Below the pieces are notes generated by a model. That model saw only the letters and a program-made list of their open reading frames with translations. It had not been told where the DNA came from and ran no database searches. A stretch of 32,000 bases of DNA from Candidatus Jordarchaeales archaeon (GTDB taxonomy: Archaea > Asgardarchaeota > Jordiarchaeia > Jordiarchaeales > Freyrarchaeaceae), in the NCBI GenBank assembly GCA_038889235.1, contig JAWAHN010000001.1, forward strand, positions 1,078,803 through 1,110,802. Direction: 5' to 3'. Numbering within the stretch: position 1 is the first letter of the stretch; each line of letters begins with the position of its first letter. The translations under genes and the position numbers were made by a program. Shown piece by piece: positions 1-9,611 of this stretch.

Positions 1-238
1 AAAGTCGACGCAAAACGGCGTTTTTCATGTATCCCTCATTGTCAAAGACAATCTCTCACTTCCGAATCCCTTCGCTTCCTCCACAAACCATTACAAGAAG
101 GAACAACGCTCTAACCTACACTACCTAATCCAGCTTCACAGAGACTTTTCGCTCCCGCAACTTTTATGTGTACCCCTTGGGACATTTTGCCTAGCTTTAA
201 TATAGTTTTTTTTTGACGAAATGTGGGGGTAATTTGTA

Positions 239-1459
239 ATGAAATGGTGTTTTTCTGTGATAGGCGGCGTTCCTGTAGGTGATGGTTATCCTGTTAGAAT
301 AATGGCCATTCTTAACGTGAGTTCCGAGTCTTTCTATAAGGGATCGATTTTTACTGACGAAAAAGAAATCGAATCCTATGCGTTAAAAGTGGAAGACGCA
401 GGTGCGTCATTCATCGATGTAGGAGGGGTTTCGTCAGCCCCACCGGAGATTTACGGGCCGAGGCCTCCAGTGTCTGAAGCCGAAGAGTTGGAGCGTGTCA
501 TGCGCGCTATTAGAACGCTTAAAGATGTTACGAGTTTGCCAATCTCCGTGGATACCAGGAGGGCGTCTGTCGCTGAGGCTGCATTAAAAGAAGGCGCGGA
601 GATAATTAACGATATCAGTGGATTTAAGGAAGACAATAGGATGGCCCATGTCGTAGCCGATTTCGACGCCTCATGTGTCCTCATGGCTACAATAAATAAG
701 CCGGGAGATGCCAAAAGCATACCCGAGGTAAGGCGCGCGCTCAAAGAAAGCATAAACTTGGCTTTGGACGCCGGGGTATCTGCGGAAAAAATTCTCATAG
801 ACCCGGGTATTGGTTTCGGCAAGCCTTACGAGTGCGACTTAGAACTACTGAGAGGTCTTCGCAGGTTAAGAGTCCTTCGCAAACCAGTGTTAATCGGTGT
901 TTCGAGGAAAAATTTCGTGGGGCGCGTCCTTGGACTGCCAAAACCAGAAGATAGGCTTGTCGGAACGGTGGCCGCTACAGCGGTTGCCGTCTACAATGGT
1001 GCCGACGTCGTGCGAGCTCATGATGTTGTTGAAGCTAAGCAAGCCGCTCTCGTAGCGCAAGCTATTCTAGGCGAGCGAAACTGTGTCGTAGAGCGGGGGG
1101 ACTATTTCGCTATAGACTTGAGCCAAATCATCGAAGACAAAAGCGACGTTGAAGAATTAATGGAGCACGCTGACGTGAGCGAGATGGGTTCCAAACTGAT
1201 GTCTGAAAAAGGAGTTCACCACGTCATTTTTTTAGGAAACATTTCCACATCCGCGGCGCTGGCATTGAAACAACACTTACTCTCGGTCGGTGGTGAAGCG
1301 GCAACTCCTCGTGGAGCAATAGACTTCGAAATTAAAAGGTGTAACTTGCTGATAATGGCAACCCTTAAACAGTTGAAATCCATTATCCCGAAGTTACAGA
1401 TGAACTCCTTTGACCTTCCTACGATAGCGGACCTCCTACTAGAGTTCCTGGAAAAGTGA
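239..1459 (+). CDS. folP: Dihydropteroate synthase (FolP TIM barrel) with an extra C-terminal domain
   Basis: IMAILNVSSESFY, IDVGGVSS, ISVDT, INDISG, ILIDPGIGFGK, LIGVSRKNF and VRAHDV are FolP motifs. About 120 extra C-terminal residues (AALALKQHLLSVGGEAA). Confidence 0.9.
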   Translation: MKWCFSVIGGVPVGDGYPVRIMAILNVSSESFYKGSIFTDEKEIESYALKVEDAGASFIDVGGVSSAPPEIYGPRPPVSEAEELERVMRAIRTLKDVTSLPISVDTRRASVAEAALKEGAEIINDISGFKEDNRMAHVVADFDASCVLMATINKPGDAKSIPEVRRALKESINLALDAGVSAEKILIDPGIGFGKPYECDLELLRGLRRLRVLRKPVLIGVSRKNFVGRVLGLPKPEDRLVGTVAATAVAVYNGADVVRAHDVVEAKQAALVAQAILGERNCVVERGDYFAIDLSQIIEDKSDVEELMEHADVSEMGSKLMSEKGVHHVIFLGNISTSAALALKQHLLSVGGEAATPRGAIDFEIKRCNLLIMATLKQLKSIIPKLQMNSFDLPTIADLLLEFLEK

Positions 1460-1460
1460 C

Positions 1461-4400
1461 TTGCCGGCGTGGTGGTATTCGATGGGTGACGGGGGTGAAT
1501 GGCTTAACAACTACTTCTCATCATTGGAGACAGCTTTCAATATGCTTTACGAGATCGCGAGTAGAGCCAAGGCTAAGGGCTTAGATCCCTCACTTGAACC
1601 AGAAGTCAAGCCGGCCAAAGATATAGCTGCAAGAGTCGAGGGCATGACAGGTCTCGAAGGTATAGGGGACAAAATAAGGGAGCTGCTTGAGGAGGCTTCA
1701 AGAGAGGAGGTCGCTTTCAAGATCGCTGAAGAAGTTGTCTATGGTAGCTTCTGCCAGTTTGTATCGGAAGAAGAGGCCGCCGACAAAGCGCTTAGAGCAG
1801 CACTAGCCATACTAACCGAAAGCGTCACAGCAGCCCCAATAGAGGGCATTGCTGGAGTTAAAATTAAAAGCAATCCAGACGGAACGAGCTACCTTGCAGT
1901 CTACTATGCTGGCCCCATAAGATCCGCTGGTGGGACAGAGCAAGCCGTATCGGTCCTAATAGCCGACTTTATAAGGCGACTCCTTCGCCTTGACAGATAC
2001 AAGCCGTCTGAGGAAGAAGTTGAAAGATACGTTGAAGAAATAGATCTTTACGAGCGTTACGTCGCTCACCTCCAATACCCTTCAACCCCTCAGGAAGTAC
2101 GGTTTGCGGTCAGAAACATTCCAATAGAAATTACTGGAGAACCCACGGATCCATTTGAGGTTTCAGGCCACAGGAACTTAGCCCGCGTCGAGACCAATCA
2201 GCTCAGAGGGGGCGCATTATTAGTACTCAACGACGGTATATTGGGAAAAGCCAAAAAGCTGAAAAAGTTTGTCGAGCGCCTCGGCTTAACAGGGTGGGAG
2301 TGGCTATCCGAGCTTGAGAAATTAAAGGAAGGAGAGGATAAAGCGAAAGAGGAAAAAAAGGAAGAGAAGGGCGTCGCTCCAAACGAGAAATACCTCTCCG
2401 ATGTCGTAGCAGGCCGCCCTATTTTAGCCATGCCGTCTACTGCCGGCGCATTTAGGTTGAGGTACGGCCGCTCCCGAAACACTGGACTGGCTGCCGTGGG
2501 AATACACCCAGCCACCATGATACTCCTCGACGGGTTCCTAGCTCCAGGAACGCATATAAGAACAGAGAGGCCCGGAAAAGGTGCCGTCGTAATGCCCGTA
2601 GACAGCATAGAGGGGCCCGTAGTTAGGTTAAGGGACGGTAGCGTGGTGAGAGTCGAGACAGTCCAGGAAGCTATTGAACTAGTGAACGCCAACAAGGTCG
2701 AGAAAATACTGTTCCTCGGCGACATCCTAGTTGGTTTCGGCGAATTTCTCGAAAACAACCACGTTCTCCTTCCGTCTGGTATATGTGAGGAGTGGTGGGT
2801 TCAAGAGGTACGTTTAAAGGTAGACCAGCTTGGTGGACTAGAAAATGCAAGCCGCATATTGGAGTTGAGTGAAGAACGACTGAACTCGTTACTCGAAAAA
2901 CCCTTCGAAGTTAAACCCACAGCGCAGGAAGCCGTGAATATAAGTAAAAAGCTGAAAGTCCCCTTACACCCGAAGTACACTTACAACTGGCAAGACGTAA
3001 ACATTCAATCCATCCTAGAACTTAAGGAATTCGTGGAACGTTTTAAAATGGGCTCCATAGTAAGGGCCCCCCTCTCTCAACGTATAAAACAACTTTTAGA
3101 AACTTTGGGAGTCCCGCACAAAGTCGAAGGTGGCGAATTAGTTCTAGGAGAAGAAGAAACCTTCATACTCTCAACGTGCCTAGCAGCGGGGCGAGTCATA
3201 GGGCACAACAGTCTTCTACTTTACTCCTCTAACACACCGAACGATTTCCTTTCAGTTCTCGCAGGATTCCCCATCAAGCCAAAATCGACTGTCTATGTAG
3301 GCGCGAGAATGGGCAGACCAGAGAAGGCTGACGTGAGAACTCTGAGTCCACCCGTCCACGTCCTTTTCCCTGTCGGGCTCCAGGGAGGGCGTGAGAGGGA
3401 TATCGTAAAGGCAGCAGCGAGTGGGACAGTTAAAGTGGAGATTGCAAGAAGGCGCTGCCCTGAATGCGGCGACTACACATTCAACGTTTACTGCAGAAAC
3501 TGCAACTGTAGAACAGTCCAAATAATGAGCTGCCCCAAGTGCGGCTTCCCAACGAGTAACAGTAAATGTCCAAGCTGCGGAACCGAGGCAAAACCCTACT
3601 CCAAAACAACAATAGACCTGAAAAGGGAGCTTGAAGCCGCTATGAAAAACCTAGGCATGAGCTCGCCGCCAAAAAGCCTTAAAGGTGTCATAGGGCTATC
3701 TAGCGCTACAAAGCTTCCCGAACCCTTGGAAAAGGGCCTGCTGCGTGCTAAGTACGGATTATACGTTTACAAGGATGGGACGGTTAGATTCGACGCCACG
3801 GACGCACCCTTAACACACTTTACTCCTAGGGAAGTGTCGGTCCCCGTTGAAAAACTAAAACAGTTAGGATACACTCACGACTACAAGGGTGCCCCCCTAA
3901 CGAGGGACGACCAAATACTGGAGCTAAAACCGCAGGACATAGTTATACCCTTCAACTGCGCAAGCTACTTCGTTAAGGTTGCCAAGTTCATCGATGAGCT
4001 TCTCACCAAGTTCTACGGGCTGCAACCCTATTATAACGTAGAAAAAGAAGAAGACTTAGTCGGTCACTTAGTCATAGGCCTAGCTCCACACACATCAGCG
4101 GGAATCCTGGGGAGAATAATTGGTTTCACGAGAGCCAGCGTTTGCTTCGCCCATCCTTACTGGCACGCCGCTAAAAGAAGAAATTGCGACGGGGACGAAG
4201 ACGCCATAATGCTAGCCCTAGACGTGCTCCTCAACTTTTCAAAAGCATACATCCCCGACAAGAGAGGTGGAATGATGGACATCCCCCTCATAGTCACCGT
4301 GTTCCTAAACCCCTCTGAGGTGGATAGTGAAGCGCATAACCTAGACACAGGCTTCATTTACCCACTCGAGTTCTATCATGCGACATACTCCTTTCCTAGC

Positions 4401-4937
4401 CCGGACGAGCAAGCGAAGAAGCTTGACATAGTTGCGCACAGGTTGGGAACACCGAGACAATACTACGGTTTCGGCTTCACGCACCCTACAACTAACATAA
4501 CCGAGGGACCTGAAACAACTTCTTACAAGAAGTTGAACAAGATGAGCGAAAAAATTGAAGCTCAGCTTTCCCTTGCATCCAGAATAAGAGCGGTAACAGA
4601 ACACGACGTGGCAGAGAAAATACTGCAAAAACATTTGCTAAGAGACATAGTTGGAAACCTCAAAGCATTTTCCACACAAAGTGTAAGATGCATAAACTGT
4701 AACGAAAAGTATAGGAGGCCGCCCCTGAAAGGGGTGTGCCTGATGTGTGGTGGAAAACTTGTTCTCACCGTTCACCAAGCAACCATAGAGAAATACCTTC
4801 CATACGCAGTTGACCTAATCAAACGCTATAACCTCAGACCTTACATAGCCCAAAGAGTAAAACTTGTGCAAGACACCATAAGTCTCCTTTTCCGGAAGAG
4901 CGGAAAGCAAAAACAATTAACCCTCATAGACATTTAA
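1461..4937 (+). CDS. polC: DNA polymerase D large subunit (DP2), no intein
   Basis: YYAGPIRSAGGT, RLRYGRSRNTG, RMGRPEKA, HAAKRRNCDGDED, Zn-finger clusters and a C-terminal PIP-like QKQLTLIDI. The true start may be ATG 1482. Confidence 0.97.
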   Translation: MPAWWYSMGDGGEWLNNYFSSLETAFNMLYEIASRAKAKGLDPSLEPEVKPAKDIAARVEGMTGLEGIGDKIRELLEEASREEVAFKIAEEVVYGSFCQFVSEEEAADKALRAALAILTESVTAAPIEGIAGVKIKSNPDGTSYLAVYYAGPIRSAGGTEQAVSVLIADFIRRLLRLDRYKPSEEEVERYVEEIDLYERYVAHLQYPSTPQEVRFAVRNIPIEITGEPTDPFEVSGHRNLARVETNQLRGGALLVLNDGILGKAKKLKKFVERLGLTGWEWLSELEKLKEGEDKAKEEKKEEKGVAPNEKYLSDVVAGRPILAMPSTAGAFRLRYGRSRNTGLAAVGIHPATMILLDGFLAPGTHIRTERPGKGAVVMPVDSIEGPVVRLRDGSVVRVETVQEAIELVNANKVEKILFLGDILVGFGEFLENNHVLLPSGICEEWWVQEVRLKVDQLGGLENASRILELSEERLNSLLEKPFEVKPTAQEAVNISKKLKVPLHPKYTYNWQDVNIQSILELKEFVERFKMGSIVRAPLSQRIKQLLETLGVPHKVEGGELVLGEEETFILSTCLAAGRVIGHNSLLLYSSNTPNDFLSVLAGFPIKPKSTVYVGARMGRPEKADVRTLSPPVHVLFPVGLQGGRERDIVKAAASGTVKVEIARRRCPECGDYTFNVYCRNCNCRTVQIMSCPKCGFPTSNSKCPSCGTEAKPYSKTTIDLKRELEAAMKNLGMSSPPKSLKGVIGLSSATKLPEPLEKGLLRAKYGLYVYKDGTVRFDATDAPLTHFTPREVSVPVEKLKQLGYTHDYKGAPLTRDDQILELKPQDIVIPFNCASYFVKVAKFIDELLTKFYGLQPYYNVEKEEDLVGHLVIGLAPHTSAGILGRIIGFTRASVCFAHPYWHAAKRRNCDGDEDAIMLALDVLLNFSKAYIPDKRGGMMDIPLIVTVFLNPSEVDSEAHNLDTGFIYPLEFYHATYSFPSPDEQAKKLDIVAHRLGTPRQYYGFGFTHPTTNITEGPETTSYKKLNKMSEKIEAQLSLASRIRAVTEHDVAEKILQKHLLRDIVGNLKAFSTQSVRCINCNEKYRRPPLKGVCLMCGGKLVLTVHQATIEKYLPYAVDLIKRYNLRPYIAQRVKLVQDTISLLFRKSGKQKQLTLIDI

Positions 4938-4957
4938 CTTATATTTGGTGAAAAACG

Positions 4958-5266
4958 GTGCGGATAGCTAGGTGGAGAAAGATTCCGCACATCCCGCAAG
5001 CGGTTCTTAAATTGAAGAGAAACGTACAGCAAGGAGTGTCGACGAGAAGCAAGATAATACAAGCTCTTAAGGCGGGGCCTAAAACTGCTAGAGAAATAGC
5101 AGACGAATTAGGCATGAATTACAGCACTGTTTTAAGACACCTTAAGTTAATGGAAAAGGAAAAAATAGTCTTTTGCGAGCGTGGGGTTGGTTTTCGCTGG
5201 AAGCTGACAGGGCTAGGGCAACAACCTCTCCAGCAACACCAAGACAGCAGCGAAAAAACATTGTAA
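4958..5266 (+). CDS. Small winged-helix (ArsR-like) DNA-binding protein
   Basis: TRSKIIQALKAGPKTAREIADELGMNYSTVLRHLKLM is an HTH pattern. Confidence 0.75.
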   Translation: MRIARWRKIPHIPQAVLKLKRNVQQGVSTRSKIIQALKAGPKTAREIADELGMNYSTVLRHLKLMEKEKIVFCERGVGFRWKLTGLGQQPLQQHQDSSEKTL

Positions 5267-5278
5267 GTGGCTGTTGAA

Positions 5279-5385
5279 TGGTGGGCGGGCCAGGATTCGA
5301 ACCTGGGACCTCCGCCGTGTGAGGGCGGCTTCTCGCCCCTAAGTGAACCTTTCAGAGGGCGTCATAACCGCTAGACTACCCGCCC
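5279..5385 (-). tRNA. tRNA-Val(CAC) with a 31-nt non-canonical intron (best fit 25/26, 5330-5360); CCA encoded
   Basis: Minus strand: acceptor GGGCGGG/CCCGCCC-ACCA, anticodon arm CCGCC-CTCACAC-GGCGG, T arm CCAGG-TTCGAAT-CCTGG. Removing 31 nt gives a 76-nt tRNA. Confidence 0.93.
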
Positions 5386-5648
5386 AGCTGTTGCACAAGA
5401 GAGTAAAGGGGTGTGGCGTTTTTTAAGCATTACGTTACTTGTTGATCGGGAAACCATTCTGTATGTCCCAATTTCCTCTCTAGAAGCTTGAGCCCATCTT
5501 GCCTTTAAGAGGCTAAGCTTTCTTTGAGAAAGATGCGGAATTTTTGCTTCCGAGTTTTCGGTAGGGGCTGAACGCGTAAAACTTAAGAAATCAGAAGGTT
5601 AGTTAGCTTACACGTTTCACCACCCCTTCTTTCAAAAGGGGGACAAGT

Positions 5649-6827
5649 TTGACGTCGGCCAAAAGCGCTAAGTCCATCGGATATTACGGAATACTGTTCT
5701 TCGGCCTCATGAGCCTACTAGCAGACATCGTCTACGAAGGTGGGCGGAGCATAATACCGGAGCTTTTAAGAACGCTAGGTGCCTCCGCAGTCGTTGTTGG
5801 AGCCATAACAGGTCTAGGGGAGCTCATAGGATATGTTTTCCGCCTCCCAAGCGGGCTTCTAGCGGATCGAAGTGGCAAGTACTGGCCTTTCCTCGCCTTA
5901 GGATATGGCTGCATATTCTTCATACCTGCATTGTCTCTCACCGATAAATGGGAGCTGGTAGCACTTTTCATCCTCATGGAACGTTTTGGGAAGGCGGTGA
6001 GAACACCGTCAAGAGACGCCACTATATCGTTCATCGCTAGGGACATTGGCACCGGAAAAGCCTTTGGAATCCATGAAGTACTGGACCAGATAGGCGCGCT
6101 TATAGGACCAGTGCTCGTCTCGGTGGCTGTTGCATTATCGATGAACAACATCCGTTTATCACTTTCAACACTAGTGGTACCCGCCCTGGCGACAATGCTA
6201 GTGATATGCGTTGCTTACTTCAAACTTCGCAACACTATAGGCCTCCGTCCCCGCTACGAGGCTGCCCCTCAATTGCTGAAAACACTGGACAAGCGTTTCT
6301 GGATGTACAACCTGATAGCCGCGCTTAGCGTAGTTGGCTTCCTTCACTACTCTCTCATAGCTTACCGCGCTGGTGGGGTCATCGAGCCTTGGCTCATCCC
6401 CCTACTCTATGCGGCAGCTATGGGCGTTGACGCGTTGGCGGCTGGAGTTTTGGGGTTTGCATACGACCGCTTTAAGCTGAAGATTTTCTGGCTGATAATA
6501 CCTCTATCCGCTCTGCCAGCCGTTCTTTCTGTTAAAGGCAACGCCCTTCTCTTATCTCTTGCAATATTGATGTATGGTGTAGGAATAGGAGCTCAAGAAT
6601 CGATCTACAGATCTGTAATAGCCGACCTGTCACCCTTGGAGGCACGCGCAACGGCGTACGGTGTTTTCAACATGATCTATGGTTTTGCATGGCTGGCGGG
6701 CGGCTTCATTATGGGTTTAATGTACGACTTAAGCGCCGCTGTTGGACCACTGCTCGTCGCCATCTTCAGCGTCACCTGCCAACTAACTGCTGCCCTCGCC
6801 TTTTTCTTCCTGCTTAAGAAGTCCTAA
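5649..6827 (+). CDS. MFS transporter
   Basis: About 12 hydrophobic segments, GLLADRSG motif A, ERFGKAVRTPSRDA and a second-half GFAYDRF repeat. Confidence 0.9.
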   Translation: MTSAKSAKSIGYYGILFFGLMSLLADIVYEGGRSIIPELLRTLGASAVVVGAITGLGELIGYVFRLPSGLLADRSGKYWPFLALGYGCIFFIPALSLTDKWELVALFILMERFGKAVRTPSRDATISFIARDIGTGKAFGIHEVLDQIGALIGPVLVSVAVALSMNNIRLSLSTLVVPALATMLVICVAYFKLRNTIGLRPRYEAAPQLLKTLDKRFWMYNLIAALSVVGFLHYSLIAYRAGGVIEPWLIPLLYAAAMGVDALAAGVLGFAYDRFKLKIFWLIIPLSALPAVLSVKGNALLLSLAILMYGVGIGAQESIYRSVIADLSPLEARATAYGVFNMIYGFAWLAGGFIMGLMYDLSAAVGPLLVAIFSVTCQLTAALAFFFLLKKS

Positions 6828-7879
6828 AATGCCTTCTGGTCGAGCTTTTCAGGGAGATACTTGTCCGTCACGTAGCTTAGCCCGTGTACGCTCAAAGCCT
6901 GTTGCTCCGTTTTCTTCCCTTCTTCCTCAAACTTCTTAAGTTGCTTCCTCCAGAAAGGCGACTGGTACCTTGGATCGGCCATAAGCTCACCCAGCCTCTT
7001 CCAGTCCTTTTCGTTAAACTTTTCGTACGGAAGCCTGTACTCTTCTATATCTGTTGGAAGAACTCCTATCCACTCAGCGTCCGGTATGACTATGTTGTCG
7101 ACGTGGGCAGCGTTAGCTGAACCACTTATTATCACCATTGCTATGTGTGCCCCCCAAGGGTCGCCATCAGTAAACACGTAAACCGGTAAACCCAGTTCCC
7201 TTCTTATCCTATAGGCTAGGTGCCTCGCCAGCCTTGGTGCTTGCCCAGCTGTGTGAATCAGTAACGCCTTAAACTTCTTGTGGGCTTTCTCCTCTATTAG
7301 TCGCGTGAACATTCCTCCACTTTCAACCATAATTACCTTTTCAGCCCCACAGTCGCAGAACTCAGCTTCGGCTAGCGCTGGACCTATAGCTACTCCATCA
7401 GGGCTTGCCGTCAAGTTAAGCTTTGTTTTTTCGTATCCGGGAATGTTGTATCTTATTGTGAGGTCCCCGTATATTGTCGCCCTCTCTTCAGGAAAAATTC
7501 TCAGTTGCTCCCTTGAAACTCCAAGGAGAGCTTCTAGGTCTGCCACTATGCTGTCCGACTCTTGCTGATCTCTAAACTTCAACCCGTAAGACTCAGCCAT
7601 GTAGTACAAGTCTCTTAGCGTGGTACTCTTTCCCTCCTCTATGAGTCGCTTTGCAATCCAGGCGATCCAAAGGGTTTGCGTAAATACACGGAGGTGTTTC
7701 ATATTCGACACAGTCCTCCTCGCTTTAGCTTCGCCGAGAACAAACTTTCTCTCCTTCTCATCGTAAACTATGTTTGAGGACGCCCTGCTAGGTATATCTA
7801 AGAACGGCATCTCTCCACGTTCAAGCTGGGCACAGATACCCTCCCCTAGGGCTGCTAACTTAAGCAAGACGTTATTCAA
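6824..7879 (-). CDS. top6A: DNA topoisomerase VI subunit A
   Basis: TTLRDLYY catalytic Tyr, ESGGMF and FTDGDPWG TOPRIM motifs, adjacent to top6B. Start reassigned to TTG 7879 after a GGAGGGG RBS, overlapping the top6B stop. Confidence 0.95.
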   Translation of the reverse strand: MNNVLLKLAALGEGICAQLERGEMPFLDIPSRASSNIVYDEKERKFVLGEAKARRTVSNMKHLRVFTQTLWIAWIAKRLIEEGKSTTLRDLYYMAESYGLKFRDQQESDSIVADLEALLGVSREQLRIFPEERATIYGDLTIRYNIPGYEKTKLNLTASPDGVAIGPALAEAEFCDCGAEKVIMVESGGMFTRLIEEKAHKKFKALLIHTAGQAPRLARHLAYRIRRELGLPVYVFTDGDPWGAHIAMVIISGSANAAHVDNIVIPDAEWIGVLPTDIEEYRLPYEKFNEKDWKRLGELMADPRYQSPFWRKQLKKFEEEGKKTEQQALSVHGLSYVTDKYLPEKLDQKAF

Positions 7880-9368
7880 ACCGTCCCCTCCCCGAGATTT
7901 TTTCGATAATCGGGGTGATGTCCGGCTCCTTCTGTCTACCCGCGAGCTCAGCGGCAAATCTAGCAATCTTAGGGAGATACTTGTTGTACACGTTAACCCT
8001 CTGGTTCATCTTTTCATGGCAAGCCCTCCCTGTCAGATATGCCTTCAACCGTCTACAGCACTCTTTTAAGGCCAACTCGATTTCCCTCTCAATTTCTGGA
8101 ACATCGGCAATGCATTCTTTCCCCGCGGTCTTGAATGGAACCTTCGTCGAGCATACGTGAGTGAAGACCGCTAGGGGCTGCGCTCGGTCGAATAGATAGT
8201 TACCCCAGTTAAATCTTTTAACAACGTCCATGGAAACGTCGCTGTGAGCGTCATAAAGGAGTGGTATCTTGTTCGCAAATCTGAAAAGGGCAACCTCCCC
8301 ATCAATTCCCTTACACCCGTACGCCACGGCGACCTCCACTATAAACGGGTGTCCAGAGTACGCGGATGGCGGCCTCTGACACACTGCGACGAACTCAGGG
8401 TTGAAGACTTTCACGATAGCTTTCTTCAAGGATTCCTCGCCTATAGGCGAAAGACACCTGGCGTCTGGAGGGGGAAAATCGTATTTCTTCATAGCCTCCC
8501 ATAGCTCTACTATGTCGCTGTTCGTGAGCGACGAAACAGGTTGATGTGGACTAAACCCAGCGAACTCTAGGAACTTTTTAGCAGTAGCCTGGCCGACCCT
8601 CTGGAAGTTTGCAACCATGAACGCGAGGAGGTTTTTTCCCTCACTTTTCCTAAGAAGCCTTCTCAGCATTTCTATATCTACTCCGTGAGGGTGAGGTAGC
8701 ACCTCTACAGGTGGGCTAGACATCTTGTCCTCGCTTCTCCCGAACACGTAGACGTTTCCCGTGGGGTCGGTGAACTCTATTTCAGCGTACGGAGAAGATA
8801 TACTCGTCAGCTTGAAATACTCAAGAATCTTTTTCTCAGCCCTAGAGTAGTCACCCTCAAAGCACAACTCCACAACTGTCCCATGCCATCCTTCCTTGTT
8901 CGAGAAGCGCTTTCGCCCCTCCACTATAGGCGTATTTCTTTCAATATCTATCCTGAGCTTCACTTCGAATATGTCTCCCCCGTCACTCACGAGTATCTTT
9001 GCAGGCTCACCCGTTGTGACTTGGCTGTAAAGTAGCGCCATGGAAATTCCTAAGCCAAAAACCCCCCTACTTTGCTTAATCCCAAACTTAGAACCATAAA
9101 GAAACTTTCCAAAAGCGTATGAGACTTCTTCTGGTGGGACCCCCAATCCGTTGTCTTCAACCCTCAAATGGTATGCTTTCCCCTCAAAGTTGCTAATAGC
9201 AACCTTAATGTTTGGAAGAATTCCAGCCTCCTCGCATGCATCCAAACTGTTCTCCACAGCTTCACGAACGATCATGTAAGTTGCACGTGAGGGGTTAGAG
9301 AAGCCTGCAAGCTCCCTGTGTTTATAGAAAAAGTCTGAGACACTGATTTCCCCAAACACCGGTTTCAT
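7872..9368 (-). CDS. top6B: DNA topoisomerase VI subunit B
   Basis: GHKL motifs EAVENSLDA, VEDNGLG, SRGVFGLGIS and HGT; RFANKIPL and VPFKTAGKE transducer motifs. Confidence 0.96.
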   Translation of the reverse strand: MKPVFGEISVSDFFYKHRELAGFSNPSRATYMIVREAVENSLDACEEAGILPNIKVAISNFEGKAYHLRVEDNGLGVPPEEVSYAFGKFLYGSKFGIKQSRGVFGLGISMALLYSQVTTGEPAKILVSDGGDIFEVKLRIDIERNTPIVEGRKRFSNKEGWHGTVVELCFEGDYSRAEKKILEYFKLTSISSPYAEIEFTDPTGNVYVFGRSEDKMSSPPVEVLPHPHGVDIEMLRRLLRKSEGKNLLAFMVANFQRVGQATAKKFLEFAGFSPHQPVSSLTNSDIVELWEAMKKYDFPPPDARCLSPIGEESLKKAIVKVFNPEFVAVCQRPPSAYSGHPFIVEVAVAYGCKGIDGEVALFRFANKIPLLYDAHSDVSMDVVKRFNWGNYLFDRAQPLAVFTHVCSTKVPFKTAGKECIADVPEIEREIELALKECCRRLKAYLTGRACHEKMNQRVNVYNKYLPKIARFAAELAGRQKEPDITPIIEKISGRGRFE

Positions 9369-9470
9369 GTTTTAATCTTCGCTGTAAAGGCTTTTCTACG
9401 ATGGTAATACAAACATAAATACCAAAGTAATACGCCGCACCGCTGGGGTATTAGAGCAACCGAGCTCCGT

Positions 9471-9487
9471 AAGAAAACGTTTTAATA
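9471..9487 (+). promoter_or_regulatory. BRE/TATA promoter of tRNA-Ala
   Basis: AAGAAAACG-TTTTAATA about 30 nt upstream of the tRNA. Confidence 0.6.
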
Positions 9488-9518
9488 GGGGCGTTTTCTC
9501 GAGTGTTTAGTAGGAAGT

Positions 9519-9611
9519 GGGCCCCTAGCTCAGCCTGGTAGAGCTTAGAGCGCTAAAAGCACCCGGTTTGCACCCGGGAGGCCGCGGGTTCAAATCCCGC
9601 GGGGTCCACCA
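9519..9611 (+). tRNA. tRNA-Ala(TGC) with a 16-nt intron at 22/23 (9542-9557); CCA encoded
   Basis: Acceptor GGGCCCC/GGGGTCC with the G3:U70 Ala identity pair, anticodon arm CCCGG-TTTGCAC-CCGGG, T arm GCGGG-TTCAAAT-CCCGC. The intron interrupts the D stem. Confidence 0.94.

Noticed and set aside
1-28. Possible start of a minus-strand gene (MKNAVLRRL...) running off the window
   Set aside because: Only nine codons are visible, which is too little to support a call.
1461-4937. Intein in DP2
   Set aside because: The length (1158 aa) and uninterrupted HAAKRRNCDGDED region show no insertion.
6824-7966. Stand-alone Spo11-like gene, or the 29-aa N-terminal extension of Top6A
   Set aside because: It is adjacent to top6B, so it is ordinary TopoVI. 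The extension lies inside top6B and an RBS supports TTG 7879.
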